From Leptonemataceae bacterium (lineage in GTDB: Bacteria; Spirochaetota; Leptospiria; Leptospirales; Leptonemataceae): a stretch of DNA of 64,000 bases. Of this stretch, positions 49,922 through 59,346 are shown one piece after another (the stretch's first letter is position 1; each line of letters opens with the position of its first letter). A model generated the notes under the pieces. It searched no databases and was not told where the DNA came from. It saw nothing but the letters and a program-made list of their open reading frames with translations. Position numbers and translations under genes: made by a program. Where the stretch lies: positions 4,608,001 through 4,672,000 of the forward strand of contig OZ245742.1 of assembly GCA_965227295.1 (NCBI GenBank). Reading direction: 5' to 3'.

Positions 49922-50917
49922 TCAGCGAGCGCGCAGGCGGCTGCGGAACTCCTCGTAGAACTGTACGAAGTGTGATGCGATGAAAATCGAAGAGTACGTG
50001 CCCACGGCAATTCCGAAGATGATGACATAGGCGAAGTCGTAGAGCGAGTCGGCGCCGCCGAAGACGATGGCCAGCAACGACAGCAACGTCAGCAACGACG
50101 TGATAGTCGTCCGCGACAGAGTCTGCGTGATGGCGAGGTCCACCGTCGCGCCGATGGTTGCCTGCTGACGATCGCTTACGTTCTCACGAATGCGGTCGAA
50201 GATCACGATGGTGTCGTTGATGGAATAACCGAGGACCGTCAGCACGGCGGCGAGTACCGGAATACTCGGCTCGATCTGGAAGGCACCGATAAACGCCAGG
50301 GTCATGAGTAAATCGTGGACGAGCGCCAGGGAAGCCCCCACGGCGAACGGGAAATCGAAGCGAAACGTAAGATATAAACCGATCACGATGATGGTGTATA
50401 CCAGCGTACGCATGGCGAGGCCGAAGAGATCCGAGCCGTAGCTCGCGGCGAGGGCTTCCTGGGAAACGACGCGATCCTCCTGGATACCCAACTCGGGCAA
50501 CAGGCGATCCTTGATGCGTTCCCCCACCGTGGGTTCGCGGCGTAACTCGTCCGGAAGTTCATTTAAGGATTTTCCCGAATCCTGCCATGCCTGGATCTTC
50601 GCACGACGCTCCGCCGAGGCTTGTTCGATTTCCGCGCGAATCTTTTCGCGTACGTCCGGACCCAATTCCAGGTCGTACTTATTCGAGAGGACGTCGGTCT
50701 GGCGGACCTGCGGGTCATCCAGGCCGGCACGTTTCGCGGCCTCCGTCAGCTCCGTCTGGCCCATACCCGGCGGGAGCAGCAACGACAGGCGAATGCCGCC
50801 GTTAAACGTAACCGAACGGGCGAAGCCGCCGTGCACTCCGTAAGTAACGCCGAAGAGCGCAATGAAAGCGATCACCGAAAGGCTCAGGAAAAGGATTCTG
50901 TACTTCGAAAAACTCAT
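49922..50917 (-). CDS. secF: Protein translocase subunit SecF
   Basis: GYSINDTIVIFDRIREN, QTLSRT, GTYSSIFIA. Confidence 0.96.
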   Translation of the reverse strand: MSFSKYRILFLSLSVIAFIALFGVTYGVHGGFARSVTFNGGIRLSLLLPPGMGQTELTEAAKRAGLDDPQVRQTDVLSNKYDLELGPDVREKIRAEIEQASAERRAKIQAWQDSGKSLNELPDELRREPTVGERIKDRLLPELGIQEDRVVSQEALAASYGSDLFGLAMRTLVYTIIVIGLYLTFRFDFPFAVGASLALVHDLLMTLAFIGAFQIEPSIPVLAAVLTVLGYSINDTIVIFDRIRENVSDRQQATIGATVDLAITQTLSRTTITSLLTLLSLLAIVFGGADSLYDFAYVIIFGIAVGTYSSIFIASHFVQFYEEFRSRLRAR

Positions 50918-50938
50918 AAATGTTTCAGCCGGCGCGGG

Positions 50939-52861
50939 TTACTCTTTCAGGCCCCACGCAATGGACATGCTCTTGTAGCGGAAGATGTACTGGGACCAAT
51001 CCAAAAGCAGCTTCGAAACCACCAGCGCGGTGAACATCGAAGAGACGAGACCGAAGAACAGGACGATGGCGAAGCCCATGATCGGCCCGTCTTTCGGCAG
51101 GTAGAGAATGACCGCGGCAATGAGCGTCGTTACGTTCGCGTCGAGGATGGTCCAGAACGAGGCGTTGAAGCCGTTCTCAATGGCCACCGAAGCCGACTTC
51201 CCGGCGCGCAGGTCCTCTTTGATCTTCTCGAAGATGATAACGTTCGCGTCGACGGCCATACCGACGGTGAGGATGGCTCCGGCGAAACCCGGAAGCGTCA
51301 GCGTGAATTCCATGAGACTCATGATGGCGGCCATGATCAAGAGGTTCAGGAACAGTGCGACCACGGCGACCAGCCCCGACGTACGATAGTAGCCCACCAT
51401 GAACGCATTGATCACAATGAAGCCGAGCACGATCGAGATAACGCCCGCGATGATGGACTCCTGGCCCAGGCTCGGTCCTACAAACGAAACCGAGAGTACT
51501 TCCAGCGGCATGGGCAGTGCGCCCTCGCGAATGACCCCGGCAATCTCGGTGGCCTGGGCTTCATCGAACTGGCCGGTAATCTGGCCGTGGCCGCCGTAGA
51601 TGGGTTCGTTGATGTTCGGATCGGAGACGACGCGATCGCCCCAGAGGATGGCCAGGCGACGATCGACGTTGCGTTCGGTGACGTCACCGAAGAGCTTCGA
51701 ACCGGTGTCCGTCAACGTAAAGGTAATCATATACCAGGCGCTGCCCGGATTCACCGAAGCCGCGGCGGACTTCATGTCCCCGCCGTCGAGTTCCGGCGGC
51801 CCGAGGACCAGCAGATCCCGCGGCAACAGCGGCGAGGCCGGGTTGTTGTTCGCGCGACGCCAGTAGAGAAAGATACGTCCCTCTTCCGGTTTCAGGTTTG
51901 CCCGTTCTTCCATGCGGGCGATGATCTCATTCACTTCGAACTCGTCGACCTTGCCCTCGCGATACAACTGCATGATGGTACGGAGGTCATCGATGTTTTC
52001 GGGAATATCGCGTACGCGTTGGGTCGGACCGTCCTGCACGATGCGATACTCCACCGTAACGACGTCCTGAATGCGGGCGAGTACCTCGCCGGAGTTTGCC
52101 ACACCGGGCATGTCTACGGAGATGCTGTAACTTTCCGGCTGCGCCCGCACCTCCGGTTCGGTGAGGCCCTGAGCGGCCAGGCGTTTGTCGATGATGGACT
52201 TCGCTTCGTCCAGAAGTTGCTGTTTGCGAAACTCGGTAAGATTCAGTTCGTCATTCACGGCGTCGAGGCGCTGTTCGAGATCGCTGCGTTCCGTGGCCGG
52301 CAGATCGGCCCGGCCCAGTTGTTCGTTCAGGCGAACCACCTCGCCCTGGTACTTTTCCCGGAGGCGCGCCTGGTACGAATCGAAGTCCGCGCGAAAGATG
52401 GCGCGCATGCCGCCCTGAAGGTCCAGGCCGAGTTTGATCTTGAGGCGCTTGAAGTCACCTTCGGTAAGAAAGCTGAAGAAATTCTCGATAGGATGCGGCG
52501 CCACGCCGGAATCGTATTCGTCGATGAGACCGGGAAAGGCCTGCATGAGTTCGTTAACCCGGGCCGTAGTAATGAAACGCGCGTTCAGCACGCAGCGGTA
52601 CTCTTTCGGGACGTCGCCGGCGGCCTCGGGCTTGCACGGTGAATCCGGAAAGAAGAGGCGCAGCCCGTTCTCCCGGTCTCGAATGAAATCCGCAATACGC
52701 TCCGGTGAAACCTGCACGCGCTGCCCGTCTTCGGTGCGCACGGTTTCGTGAAAGACCAGAACGAGTTTCTGCTTGAGAAAGTTCGGCGCCGCCAGGAGGG
52801 CGCACGTAAGAACAACGACGCCTACGAGAACGGATCGGCCAATGAGATTGTTGAGGTCCAT
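50939..52861 (-). CDS. secD: Protein translocase subunit SecD
   Basis: KLGLDLQGG, GALP, VGPSLG, TLTLPG, GMAVDANVIIFE, ILDANVTT. Confidence 0.97.
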   Translation of the reverse strand: MDLNNLIGRSVLVGVVVLTCALLAAPNFLKQKLVLVFHETVRTEDGQRVQVSPERIADFIRDRENGLRLFFPDSPCKPEAAGDVPKEYRCVLNARFITTARVNELMQAFPGLIDEYDSGVAPHPIENFFSFLTEGDFKRLKIKLGLDLQGGMRAIFRADFDSYQARLREKYQGEVVRLNEQLGRADLPATERSDLEQRLDAVNDELNLTEFRKQQLLDEAKSIIDKRLAAQGLTEPEVRAQPESYSISVDMPGVANSGEVLARIQDVVTVEYRIVQDGPTQRVRDIPENIDDLRTIMQLYREGKVDEFEVNEIIARMEERANLKPEEGRIFLYWRRANNNPASPLLPRDLLVLGPPELDGGDMKSAAASVNPGSAWYMITFTLTDTGSKLFGDVTERNVDRRLAILWGDRVVSDPNINEPIYGGHGQITGQFDEAQATEIAGVIREGALPMPLEVLSVSFVGPSLGQESIIAGVISIVLGFIVINAFMVGYYRTSGLVAVVALFLNLLIMAAIMSLMEFTLTLPGFAGAILTVGMAVDANVIIFEKIKEDLRAGKSASVAIENGFNASFWTILDANVTTLIAAVILYLPKDGPIMGFAIVLFFGLVSSMFTALVVSKLLLDWSQYIFRYKSMSIAWGLKE

Positions 52862-52898
52862 AATATTCAGTGAATCAAAGTTAAGCTGTTCCCGCGAT

Positions 52899-53669
52899 TC
52901 AGAAGTATCCCTTGCGGCTGCCTCCGGTACGCAGGCGATAAACCACGAAGATGACGATCAGCAGAATTACGATGAGTCCGTTGCGCACCGTCGGATCCCG
53001 GCTGATGCTGTCATAGAGATCACCGAACCAGGATGAACCGTCGTCGGCACTGCCATTGTCCGCGGTCTCGCGTTCCGGCGGCGGCTCCGGATCTTCGTCG
53101 GCCGCGTCCAGGTGCGGGTAGGACGGGGCCGTCGGTTCCAGGCTTTCGTACTCCGGCAATACCCGACGATCGAAAGAAGGCAGGGCGTCGATCATGGCCT
53201 CGGCCGGATCGGTGGCCGGAACCGGAGCGGCCGGTCCCCCGGGTGCGCCGGCGGGGGGATCTTCGGTATTGCGCGGTGTTTCGGTTTGTTGCGGGGCGGG
53301 AGCCGGATCGCGGCGCACGGGTTCCCGGGCCGGTTCCGAACGGGGTTGTTCGGTGCGGCGTTCCGGCTGCTTCTTAACGGCAGGCTCCGGTTTCTCCTGC
53401 GTTTCCTTTTTTACCGCCGGTTCCGAAACGGGCTCTTTGCCGGAATCCTCCGGAGCAGCGGCCGGCTCCGCGGTTTTCTCGGGCGATGCCGGCTCCGACT
53501 GTTTCGGAGCGGGTTCTTCGGCCGGAGCCGGGTCGGGCTCTGCATCCTGCGCCGCGGCCGGCACGAAACAGAAGAGAAAGACGGCCAGCGAAACGGCCGC
53601 GCGCGGCCATCTCCAGGTCCGTGTAACGTACCGCGCATGCACGCGGCGTGACTGTACGCAAACTTGCAT
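52899..53669 (-). CDS. Pro/Glu-rich exported protein with C-terminal TM anchor between yajC and secD
   Basis: Signal peptide (..PAAA|QD), low-complexity PEPA-rich body, TM GLIVILLIVIFVVYRLR; start may be GTG 53642. Confidence 0.75.
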   Translation of the reverse strand: MQVCVQSRRVHARYVTRTWRWPRAAVSLAVFLFCFVPAAAQDAEPDPAPAEEPAPKQSEPASPEKTAEPAAAPEDSGKEPVSEPAVKKETQEKPEPAVKKQPERRTEQPRSEPAREPVRRDPAPAPQQTETPRNTEDPPAGAPGGPAAPVPATDPAEAMIDALPSFDRRVLPEYESLEPTAPSYPHLDAADEDPEPPPERETADNGSADDGSSWFGDLYDSISRDPTVRNGLIVILLIVIFVVYRLRTGGSRKGYF

Positions 53670-53679
53670 AAACGCCGGG

Positions 53680-54075
53680 TTACTTCTTCACCGATTTTTC
53701 GCGGATGCTGCTGATGGCGGACTTCAGGAATTCGACGCGGGTGTTGTCGCCGATATTCAGGACGACGATGTCGTCTTTGACGTTGGCAATGCTGCCGATG
53801 ATGCCGCTGCTCGTGACGACCTGGTCGCCCTTCTTCATGAGCGAAAGCATTTCCTTCTTACGCTTCTCTTCCTGGCGCTGCGGGCGCATGATGAAGAAGT
53901 ACATGAAAACAAAGACGCCGGCGAACATCAGCAGGATGCTCCAGTCAAACGGCGGGGATGATGGTGCCGGTCCGGAGCCGCCCGCCGGTTCCGACGGGGG
54001 CGCAGCGCCTTCGATTGCCTGCGGTGCGGCGCCTTCACCTGCGGACTGCTGCGCCAGATACTCAAGCCAGTTCAT
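53680..54075 (-). CDS. yajC: Preprotein translocase subunit YajC
   Basis: MYFFIMRPQ, KKGDQVVTSSGIIG, KSAI. Confidence 0.96.
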   Translation of the reverse strand: MNWLEYLAQQSAGEGAAPQAIEGAAPPSEPAGGSGPAPSSPPFDWSILLMFAGVFVFMYFFIMRPQRQEEKRKKEMLSLMKKGDQVVTSSGIIGSIANVKDDIVVLNIGDNTRVEFLKSAISSIREKSVKK

Positions 54076-54129
54076 GATTGCATCACTGTGGAGCGCGGCG
54101 CGGGTGTCCAGTAGAATAGCTTCTGAGCA

Positions 54130-55134
54130 TCAACGCGCCCATTTCTTGAGTAATTCCAGCGCCTGCCCGGATCGCAGCGCATCCAGGCACAGTGCCGCGG
54201 AGGATTTCAGGTCTCCGCCCTTCGTCAGGGAGTAGACCAGGCCGGCGTTCATGGCGATGGTCTGATTTTCCGCGGGTTGGCCGGCGCCTTCCAGAATCAA
54301 CTGGCTGCGTTTCAGGGCCTCTTCACGACTCACGGTGCGAAGCTCATCCAGGGAAACCGGCGAGAAACCGAAGTCCTCGGGCTGCATCTTGCCCTGCTCC
54401 CGGACCTCTCCGGCTTCGATGCGAATGAAGTGCGTCGGTGCGGCCGGGGAGAGCTCATCCAGGCCGTCCTCGCTGTGCAGGACGTAGGCGCCTTTACGGC
54501 CCAGCAGGGCGACCGCCGCGGCCATGCGTTCCATAAACTCCTGCGAAAACACGCCGATGACCTGGTGTGTGATCGGAGCGGGATTGGTCAGCGGGCCGAG
54601 CAGATTGAAAACCGTGCGAAAGCCGAGGGCCTTGCGCACCGGCGCCGCGTATTTCATGGCCGGATGCCACATGGGGGCGAAGAGAAACGTAATGCCCGCG
54701 CGCTCCAGTTCGTTGGCCGTTTCTTCGTGCGTGAGATTCAGGCGCACGCCCAGGCCTTCGAGCAAATCGGCCGAGCCGCTCTTGCTGGACACGGCGCGGT
54801 TGCCGTGCTTGGCCACGGGGATTCCCAACGACGCGAGCAGCATGGCGGTCAGCGTGGAAATGTTCAGCGTACTCGCCCCGTCACCGCCGGTGCCGCAGGT
54901 ATCGGCCAGGATTTCGGGAGAACCTCCGGGCCAGGATACAGCGGCCTTACGCATGGCCCGGGCAAAGGCCTCGATCTCGGTGCCGGTCTCGCCCTTGAGT
55001 GCCAGGGCGGTGAGCAGGCCGGCGGTGCGGGCCTCTCCGGCCTCCCCGGTCATTACGGCGGTCATGGCATGGGTGGCCTCATCGCTCGTAAGATCTTCAT
55101 TGGCCATCAGCTTCTTGAGTATCTCGGCAAACAT
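54130..55134 (-). CDS. trpD: Anthranilate phosphoribosyltransferase
   Basis: DTCGTGGDG, NIST, KHGNRAVSSKSGSAD, RTVFNLLGPL, DGLDE; ATG 55134 with GGAGG RBS. Confidence 0.96.
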   Translation of the reverse strand: MFAEILKKLMANEDLTSDEATHAMTAVMTGEAGEARTAGLLTALALKGETGTEIEAFARAMRKAAVSWPGGSPEILADTCGTGGDGASTLNISTLTAMLLASLGIPVAKHGNRAVSSKSGSADLLEGLGVRLNLTHEETANELERAGITFLFAPMWHPAMKYAAPVRKALGFRTVFNLLGPLTNPAPITHQVIGVFSQEFMERMAAAVALLGRKGAYVLHSEDGLDELSPAAPTHFIRIEAGEVREQGKMQPEDFGFSPVSLDELRTVSREEALKRSQLILEGAGQPAENQTIAMNAGLVYSLTKGGDLKSSAALCLDALRSGQALELLKKWAR

Positions 55135-55147
55135 AGAATCCTCCGGT

Positions 55148-55897
55148 TCAGGCCCGGTCCTCCGGGTGACGGATGTACGGGGGCAACAGCAGGCGATAGT
55201 TCGTAACGAGATAGCGCAGCCCCGAAATGACGGTGATGATCGTGGTGAATAACATGAGATAGTACGGCCCGAAGCTCGCCAGGTCAAAGGTGATGCTATC
55301 GCTGCCCTCGCTGAAGAATCGCAGCATGGAATCGGTGGCGACGACGAAGGCGCCCTGCCCGCCCTCTTCGAAGGACGTACGATACATCTCGTTGATGGTA
55401 TCGCGTTCGCGGTGGGAGATCGCGAGAAACGAGATGAGAATCATGGTGATGCAGAACATCTGGAAGGCCGTTTTGACTTTGCCGAAGACGGACGTCCGCA
55501 GGCTGGCGCCCTGATGAATGGCGAGCCAGCGCAACGCGGTAATGAGCATGTCCCGACCGATGATGATGCCCACCATCCAGAGCTGCACCTGCTCCGAAAG
55601 AAAAATGAACGTTAAGAAGGCCGCGACGACGAGGGCCTTGTCGGCCAGGGGATCCATGAACTTGCCCAGTTCACTTTCCTGTTTGAAGCGCCGGGCAATG
55701 TAGCCGTCCACCAGGTCCGTTATCGAAGCCAGAGCAAAGAGCGTAAACGCAATGAGGCGACTGGTGAAATCCTTCTGGAGCAACAGGAAGATGAACACGG
55801 GAATCGAGATCAATCGAAGGATGGTCAGGATATTCGGGATCGTCCAGATGGTTTCGTTCTTCCCTTTCGGGTCTGGATCTTCTTGCGCTACGGTCAA
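55148..55897 (-). CDS. pgsA: CDP-diacylglycerol--glycerol-3-phosphate phosphatidyltransferase
   Basis: IPNILT, TDLVDGYIAR..LGKFMDPLADK, GKVKTAFQM; TTG start overlapping the rimO stop. Confidence 0.92.
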   Translation of the reverse strand: MTVAQEDPDPKGKNETIWTIPNILTILRLISIPVFIFLLLQKDFTSRLIAFTLFALASITDLVDGYIARRFKQESELGKFMDPLADKALVVAAFLTFIFLSEQVQLWMVGIIIGRDMLITALRWLAIHQGASLRTSVFGKVKTAFQMFCITMILISFLAISHRERDTINEMYRTSFEEGGQGAFVVATDSMLRFFSEGSDSITFDLASFGPYYLMLFTTIITVISGLRYLVTNYRLLLPPYIRHPEDRA

Positions 55898-57276
55898 ACG
55901 TGTACCCTCTCGCCTGCAATGCGGCCGGTCATATCGTACTCGTAAAAACCGGTTATCTCCACGTCCAGAAGTTCGCCCGGCCGAACTTCGGAAATTCCCG
56001 CATCCGCGCGCTCCACGAAAACGACCTCGTCCACTTCCGGCGCGTCCTGGGGTCGGCGCAGAATCCAGTTCACACCGTCCGCGCCGTCGACCAGACATCG
56101 GTAGCGCTGGCCACGACGGCTGACGTGCAAATCCTTTAAAACGTCCAGGTGTTCCTGGCGAACCGCGTTCACCCGGTCGGCCTTATCTGCAGCGGACACC
56201 GGATCTCCCAGGTCGAAACCGGGCGTGCCCTCTTCCTGGCTGTACGCAAAGAGCGCGAGCTTCTCCGGCCGCACCCGATGTATGAAATCGATCAGTGCAT
56301 CCACATCCTCCTGAACTTCGCCAGGAAATCCCAGCAGGAACGACGTGCGAATCTCCAGGTCCGGAAACAGTTCCCGGGCCAGGCCGAACAAATCGGCGAA
56401 GCGATCCGCATCGCCGTAACGCCGCATCGCGCGGAGTACTTTTGAAGATACGTGCTGCACCGGGCTTTCGAGGTACGGCACGATGCGTCCGCCGGCGGCG
56501 AGACCCAGGCCGCGCTCGTGAATGCCTCGCAAGATTTGTGCGGTCCGTGGATCCGGGTAGAGATACAACAAACGAATCCAGGCGAGGGAAGCATAGTCCG
56601 CGCCGTGCAGATCTTCCAGTAAATCCAGCAACACGTCGACCTTGCCGCCGTAACGATTGGTGTCCTGGCTTACCAGGCAGAGTTCGCGCACGCCCTCATG
56701 CTGCACAAGCTGCCGGCATTCGTCGAGGATGCTTTCCCGCGGGTTGTCCTGAAAGGCGCCGCGAAAATTCGGAATGGCGCAGAAGGCGCAGCCGCGATCG
56801 CAGCCGTCGGAAATTTTGACGGCAGCATACGTACCGGAACGGCCGCCCTCCTCGTGAGCCGCGGCGATCAGTTCTCCGGCTCCCGGGGCGCTGTCGCCGC
56901 GCAACTCCGCCGGGGCCCCGAAACGATCACTCAGAATCTCACCGGCGCGGTGATACATGCCCGTGCCGAAACTCAGATCCACTTCCGGCAGTTCGTCACG
57001 CACGGCCGTGGCGTAGCGTTCACTGAAACATCCTGCCAGGATGAGTTTCTGATCGGCGCGCTCGCGTTTGAGATCGGCGGCGTCGAGAACCGTGCGGATG
57101 GTCTCCTCCCGCGCGGACTCGATGAACGAGCAACTGTTGATGAGATGATAATCGCACTCTTCCGAAGAGCGGGCGCGCACGAAGCCGCGGCGCACGAGAC
57201 TGCGCTCCATTTCCCGGGAGTCCGCCTGGTTCTTGGGACAACCGAGCGTCGTAATGTAAAACGAAGCGTTCGGCAT
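55894..57276 (-). CDS. rimO: Ribosomal protein S12 methylthiotransferase
   Basis: LGCPKN, NSCSFIESAREE, GCDRGCAFCAIP (CxxxCxxC), WIRLLYLYP, DAPEVD TRAM domain. Confidence 0.93.
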   Translation of the reverse strand: MPNASFYITTLGCPKNQADSREMERSLVRRGFVRARSSEECDYHLINSCSFIESAREETIRTVLDAADLKRERADQKLILAGCFSERYATAVRDELPEVDLSFGTGMYHRAGEILSDRFGAPAELRGDSAPGAGELIAAAHEEGGRSGTYAAVKISDGCDRGCAFCAIPNFRGAFQDNPRESILDECRQLVQHEGVRELCLVSQDTNRYGGKVDVLLDLLEDLHGADYASLAWIRLLYLYPDPRTAQILRGIHERGLGLAAGGRIVPYLESPVQHVSSKVLRAMRRYGDADRFADLFGLARELFPDLEIRTSFLLGFPGEVQEDVDALIDFIHRVRPEKLALFAYSQEEGTPGFDLGDPVSAADKADRVNAVRQEHLDVLKDLHVSRRGQRYRCLVDGADGVNWILRRPQDAPEVDEVVFVERADAGISEVRPGELLDVEITGFYEYDMTGRIAGERVHV

Positions 57277-57307
57277 GATGCAAAGAGCGCGAGCGCGCGG
57301 GTATCGT

Positions 57308-58438
57308 TTAGCGCGCGACCTGGATCGATTCCTGAATGACGAAGCGACTCGGATCCAGGGGATCCGGGACGCGGCGGTACTCGATGTTTACGATCTTGCT
57401 GGGCGGACCGGCCACACGCGGCTGCGCCCCTTCGCGATAGATGCGTACTCCGCCGCCGTTGCCGAGGCGAATCTCCAGGCGGTTCTCGGCTTCCAGGCTG
57501 CGGCTCTCTCCGGCGGGGACGTTGCGCGGACGATGGGACGTGCCGTCGGTCACCCAGGCCAGGTACGAATCACTGATGAACTGCAGGCGCACCTGAATCT
57601 CACCGGCGGTGCGCGGCGGATCCACCTCGGGATTCACGGCGACTTCGACACCGGCCGTTTCCAGGGCCACACGCGCGGAGTTCTCGCTGATGACGACGGG
57701 CGTGATGTAGATCTCGCGTTGCAAACCCTCGAAACCGCGGATGTCGGAGGACAGCGTGGCCTGCTCGCCTTCACTCACGCTCAGCTCGTAGTTCGTTTCG
57801 TCGTTGATGCGCACGTGAAAAACGCCGCGCGGCGCTTCCTCGGGATTCCGTACGATGCGTGCCAGGCAGAACTTGAGGCTCATGCTGTCCGCGTTGAAAC
57901 GCAACGCTTTGAAGGTGTTCAGGTCCTCGCGCCTGGGCTCGGTGCCGGCCTGGGGCAGCGTCGTGGAAACGATTTCTCGATCGTCGCAGTAGGCGTCCGC
58001 GGTGCTCGCCGTCGAGCCGCTGCTGAACGACGGCAGGGACAACGTGCCGGAAACGAACAGCGCCACGATGCCCGCGATGATGGCGATGCCCGCAATGCCG
58101 GCGAGCAGCGCCGGGGGAATCTCCGGCAAACGAAAGCTCATGCTCCCCATGGAAGACGTGGGTTTGGTAAGTTCTTTCAGCGGCGCCTCGGAGAGATCGA
58201 TCTGGTGGCCGCGGTACAGACTCAGCAGATGATCGGTGTCGAGGTTCAGGTACTCGGAGTAGCTGCGCAGAAATCCCAGCAGATACGTCTCGCCGGGGAA
58301 CTGGGCGTAGTCCTCGTTTTCGAGGGCATCGATGTACTTCGGCGTGATGTTTGTTTCTCGCGCCACTTCTTTGACGGAAAGTTTGCGTTCTTCCCGCGCT
58401 TCTTTCAGGATCGTTCCAACTCGTTTCGAAAGCACCAT
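57308..58438 (-). CDS. RodZ-like HTH membrane protein
   Basis: [33 protein letters not shown], single TM helix, C-terminal LGNGGGV. Confidence 0.85.
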   Translation of the reverse strand: MVLSKRVGTILKEAREERKLSVKEVARETNITPKYIDALENEDYAQFPGETYLLGFLRSYSEYLNLDTDHLLSLYRGHQIDLSEAPLKELTKPTSSMGSMSFRLPEIPPALLAGIAGIAIIAGIVALFVSGTLSLPSFSSGSTASTADAYCDDREIVSTTLPQAGTEPRREDLNTFKALRFNADSMSLKFCLARIVRNPEEAPRGVFHVRINDETNYELSVSEGEQATLSSDIRGFEGLQREIYITPVVISENSARVALETAGVEVAVNPEVDPPRTAGEIQVRLQFISDSYLAWVTDGTSHRPRNVPAGESRSLEAENRLEIRLGNGGGVRIYREGAQPRVAGPPSKIVNIEYRRVPDPLDPSRFVIQESIQVAR

Positions 58439-58466
58439 AAATTCGTATCGATGATCGCGGCGGCGA

Positions 58467-59237
58467 TCAGTCCTCTTTCACCAGGGGATTCAGTACGACG
58501 CGTACTCCGTCGTCCGGCTGGTACTGGAAGAGTTTGCCTTCGAGCTTGCGTTGCGTATTCATATCTGAAAAAGTAATCGTAGTTTCTTTGCCGTAGCCGT
58601 CCGCGGCTTCCGCGCGTTTCACAAGATAGCTTTCCGCGTCGACGAAGAGTTTAATGCGTTCGTAGCCGCCGATCTTTTCCCGTTGTTCCATGTCGAGGAT
58701 GAAGAACCGACCGCCGTTCACGTCGCGCGGTTGCTCGGGGGTATCGAAGCTGTAATGGTACTTGCGGAACAGGCGCTTGAGCCCGCTCTGGGGATCCGCC
58801 GTAAAGATGTCCCGGCCGCTCGCGTTTTGTTTCTTGAGTGTGAGTTCCTGTTTGCCCACGGCGTTCAGCCGGCGAATGTAAAACCACATGATGCGTCCGT
58901 CGGAGACGATGAGGTTGCCCGCCGGCCGGGAGAACTCGTACCGAATTTTGCCGGGTTTCTGGTAGTAGACCCGTCCGCTGAGGCTCTTCGAGCGGCTGCC
59001 CTCGCGGGTGGTCATGTCAAAACTCGCCGTGAAGTGATCCAGGTCTTCGAAGGTTTTCTGGACCTTGCGGGCCACCTCCGCGTGAGAGTACCAGGCGCGA
59101 TCACCCGCGCCGTCCTGGGCCGGGCCGCCTTGCTCGTCTTGAGCGGGGGCCGGCGCAACCCAGAACAGGGCGGCCGCGAATACCACGAGGCCGATCCGGC
59201 CGGCCCCGACCGCTGGAAATGTGTGCATGAAGTTCAT
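58467..59237 (-). CDS. lolA: Outer-membrane lipoprotein carrier LolA family
   Basis: Signal peptide; [32 protein letters not shown]; directly downstream of ftsK. Confidence 0.85.
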   Translation of the reverse strand: MNFMHTFPAVGAGRIGLVVFAAALFWVAPAPAQDEQGGPAQDGAGDRAWYSHAEVARKVQKTFEDLDHFTASFDMTTREGSRSKSLSGRVYYQKPGKIRYEFSRPAGNLIVSDGRIMWFYIRRLNAVGKQELTLKKQNASGRDIFTADPQSGLKRLFRKYHYSFDTPEQPRDVNGGRFFILDMEQREKIGGYERIKLFVDAESYLVKRAEAADGYGKETTITFSDMNTQRKLEGKLFQYQPDDGVRVVLNPLVKED

Positions 59238-59346
59238 AGAATGTGATGCAGAACTGGTAGTATGAGACGAACGCGCGAGGAAAATCCGCGTTTATTCCGC
59301 TTTTAAGGGACGTAAGTCTGACAGGGCGCTGTCAAACTGGCCACCG

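Noticed and set aside
50621..52642. 673-aa plus-strand ORF, and many similar long ORFs (e.g. 11104-12357, 57275-58576, 24003-25283)
   Set aside because: Antisense shadows of well-supported genes, expected from GC-rich codon bias; no recognisable motifs
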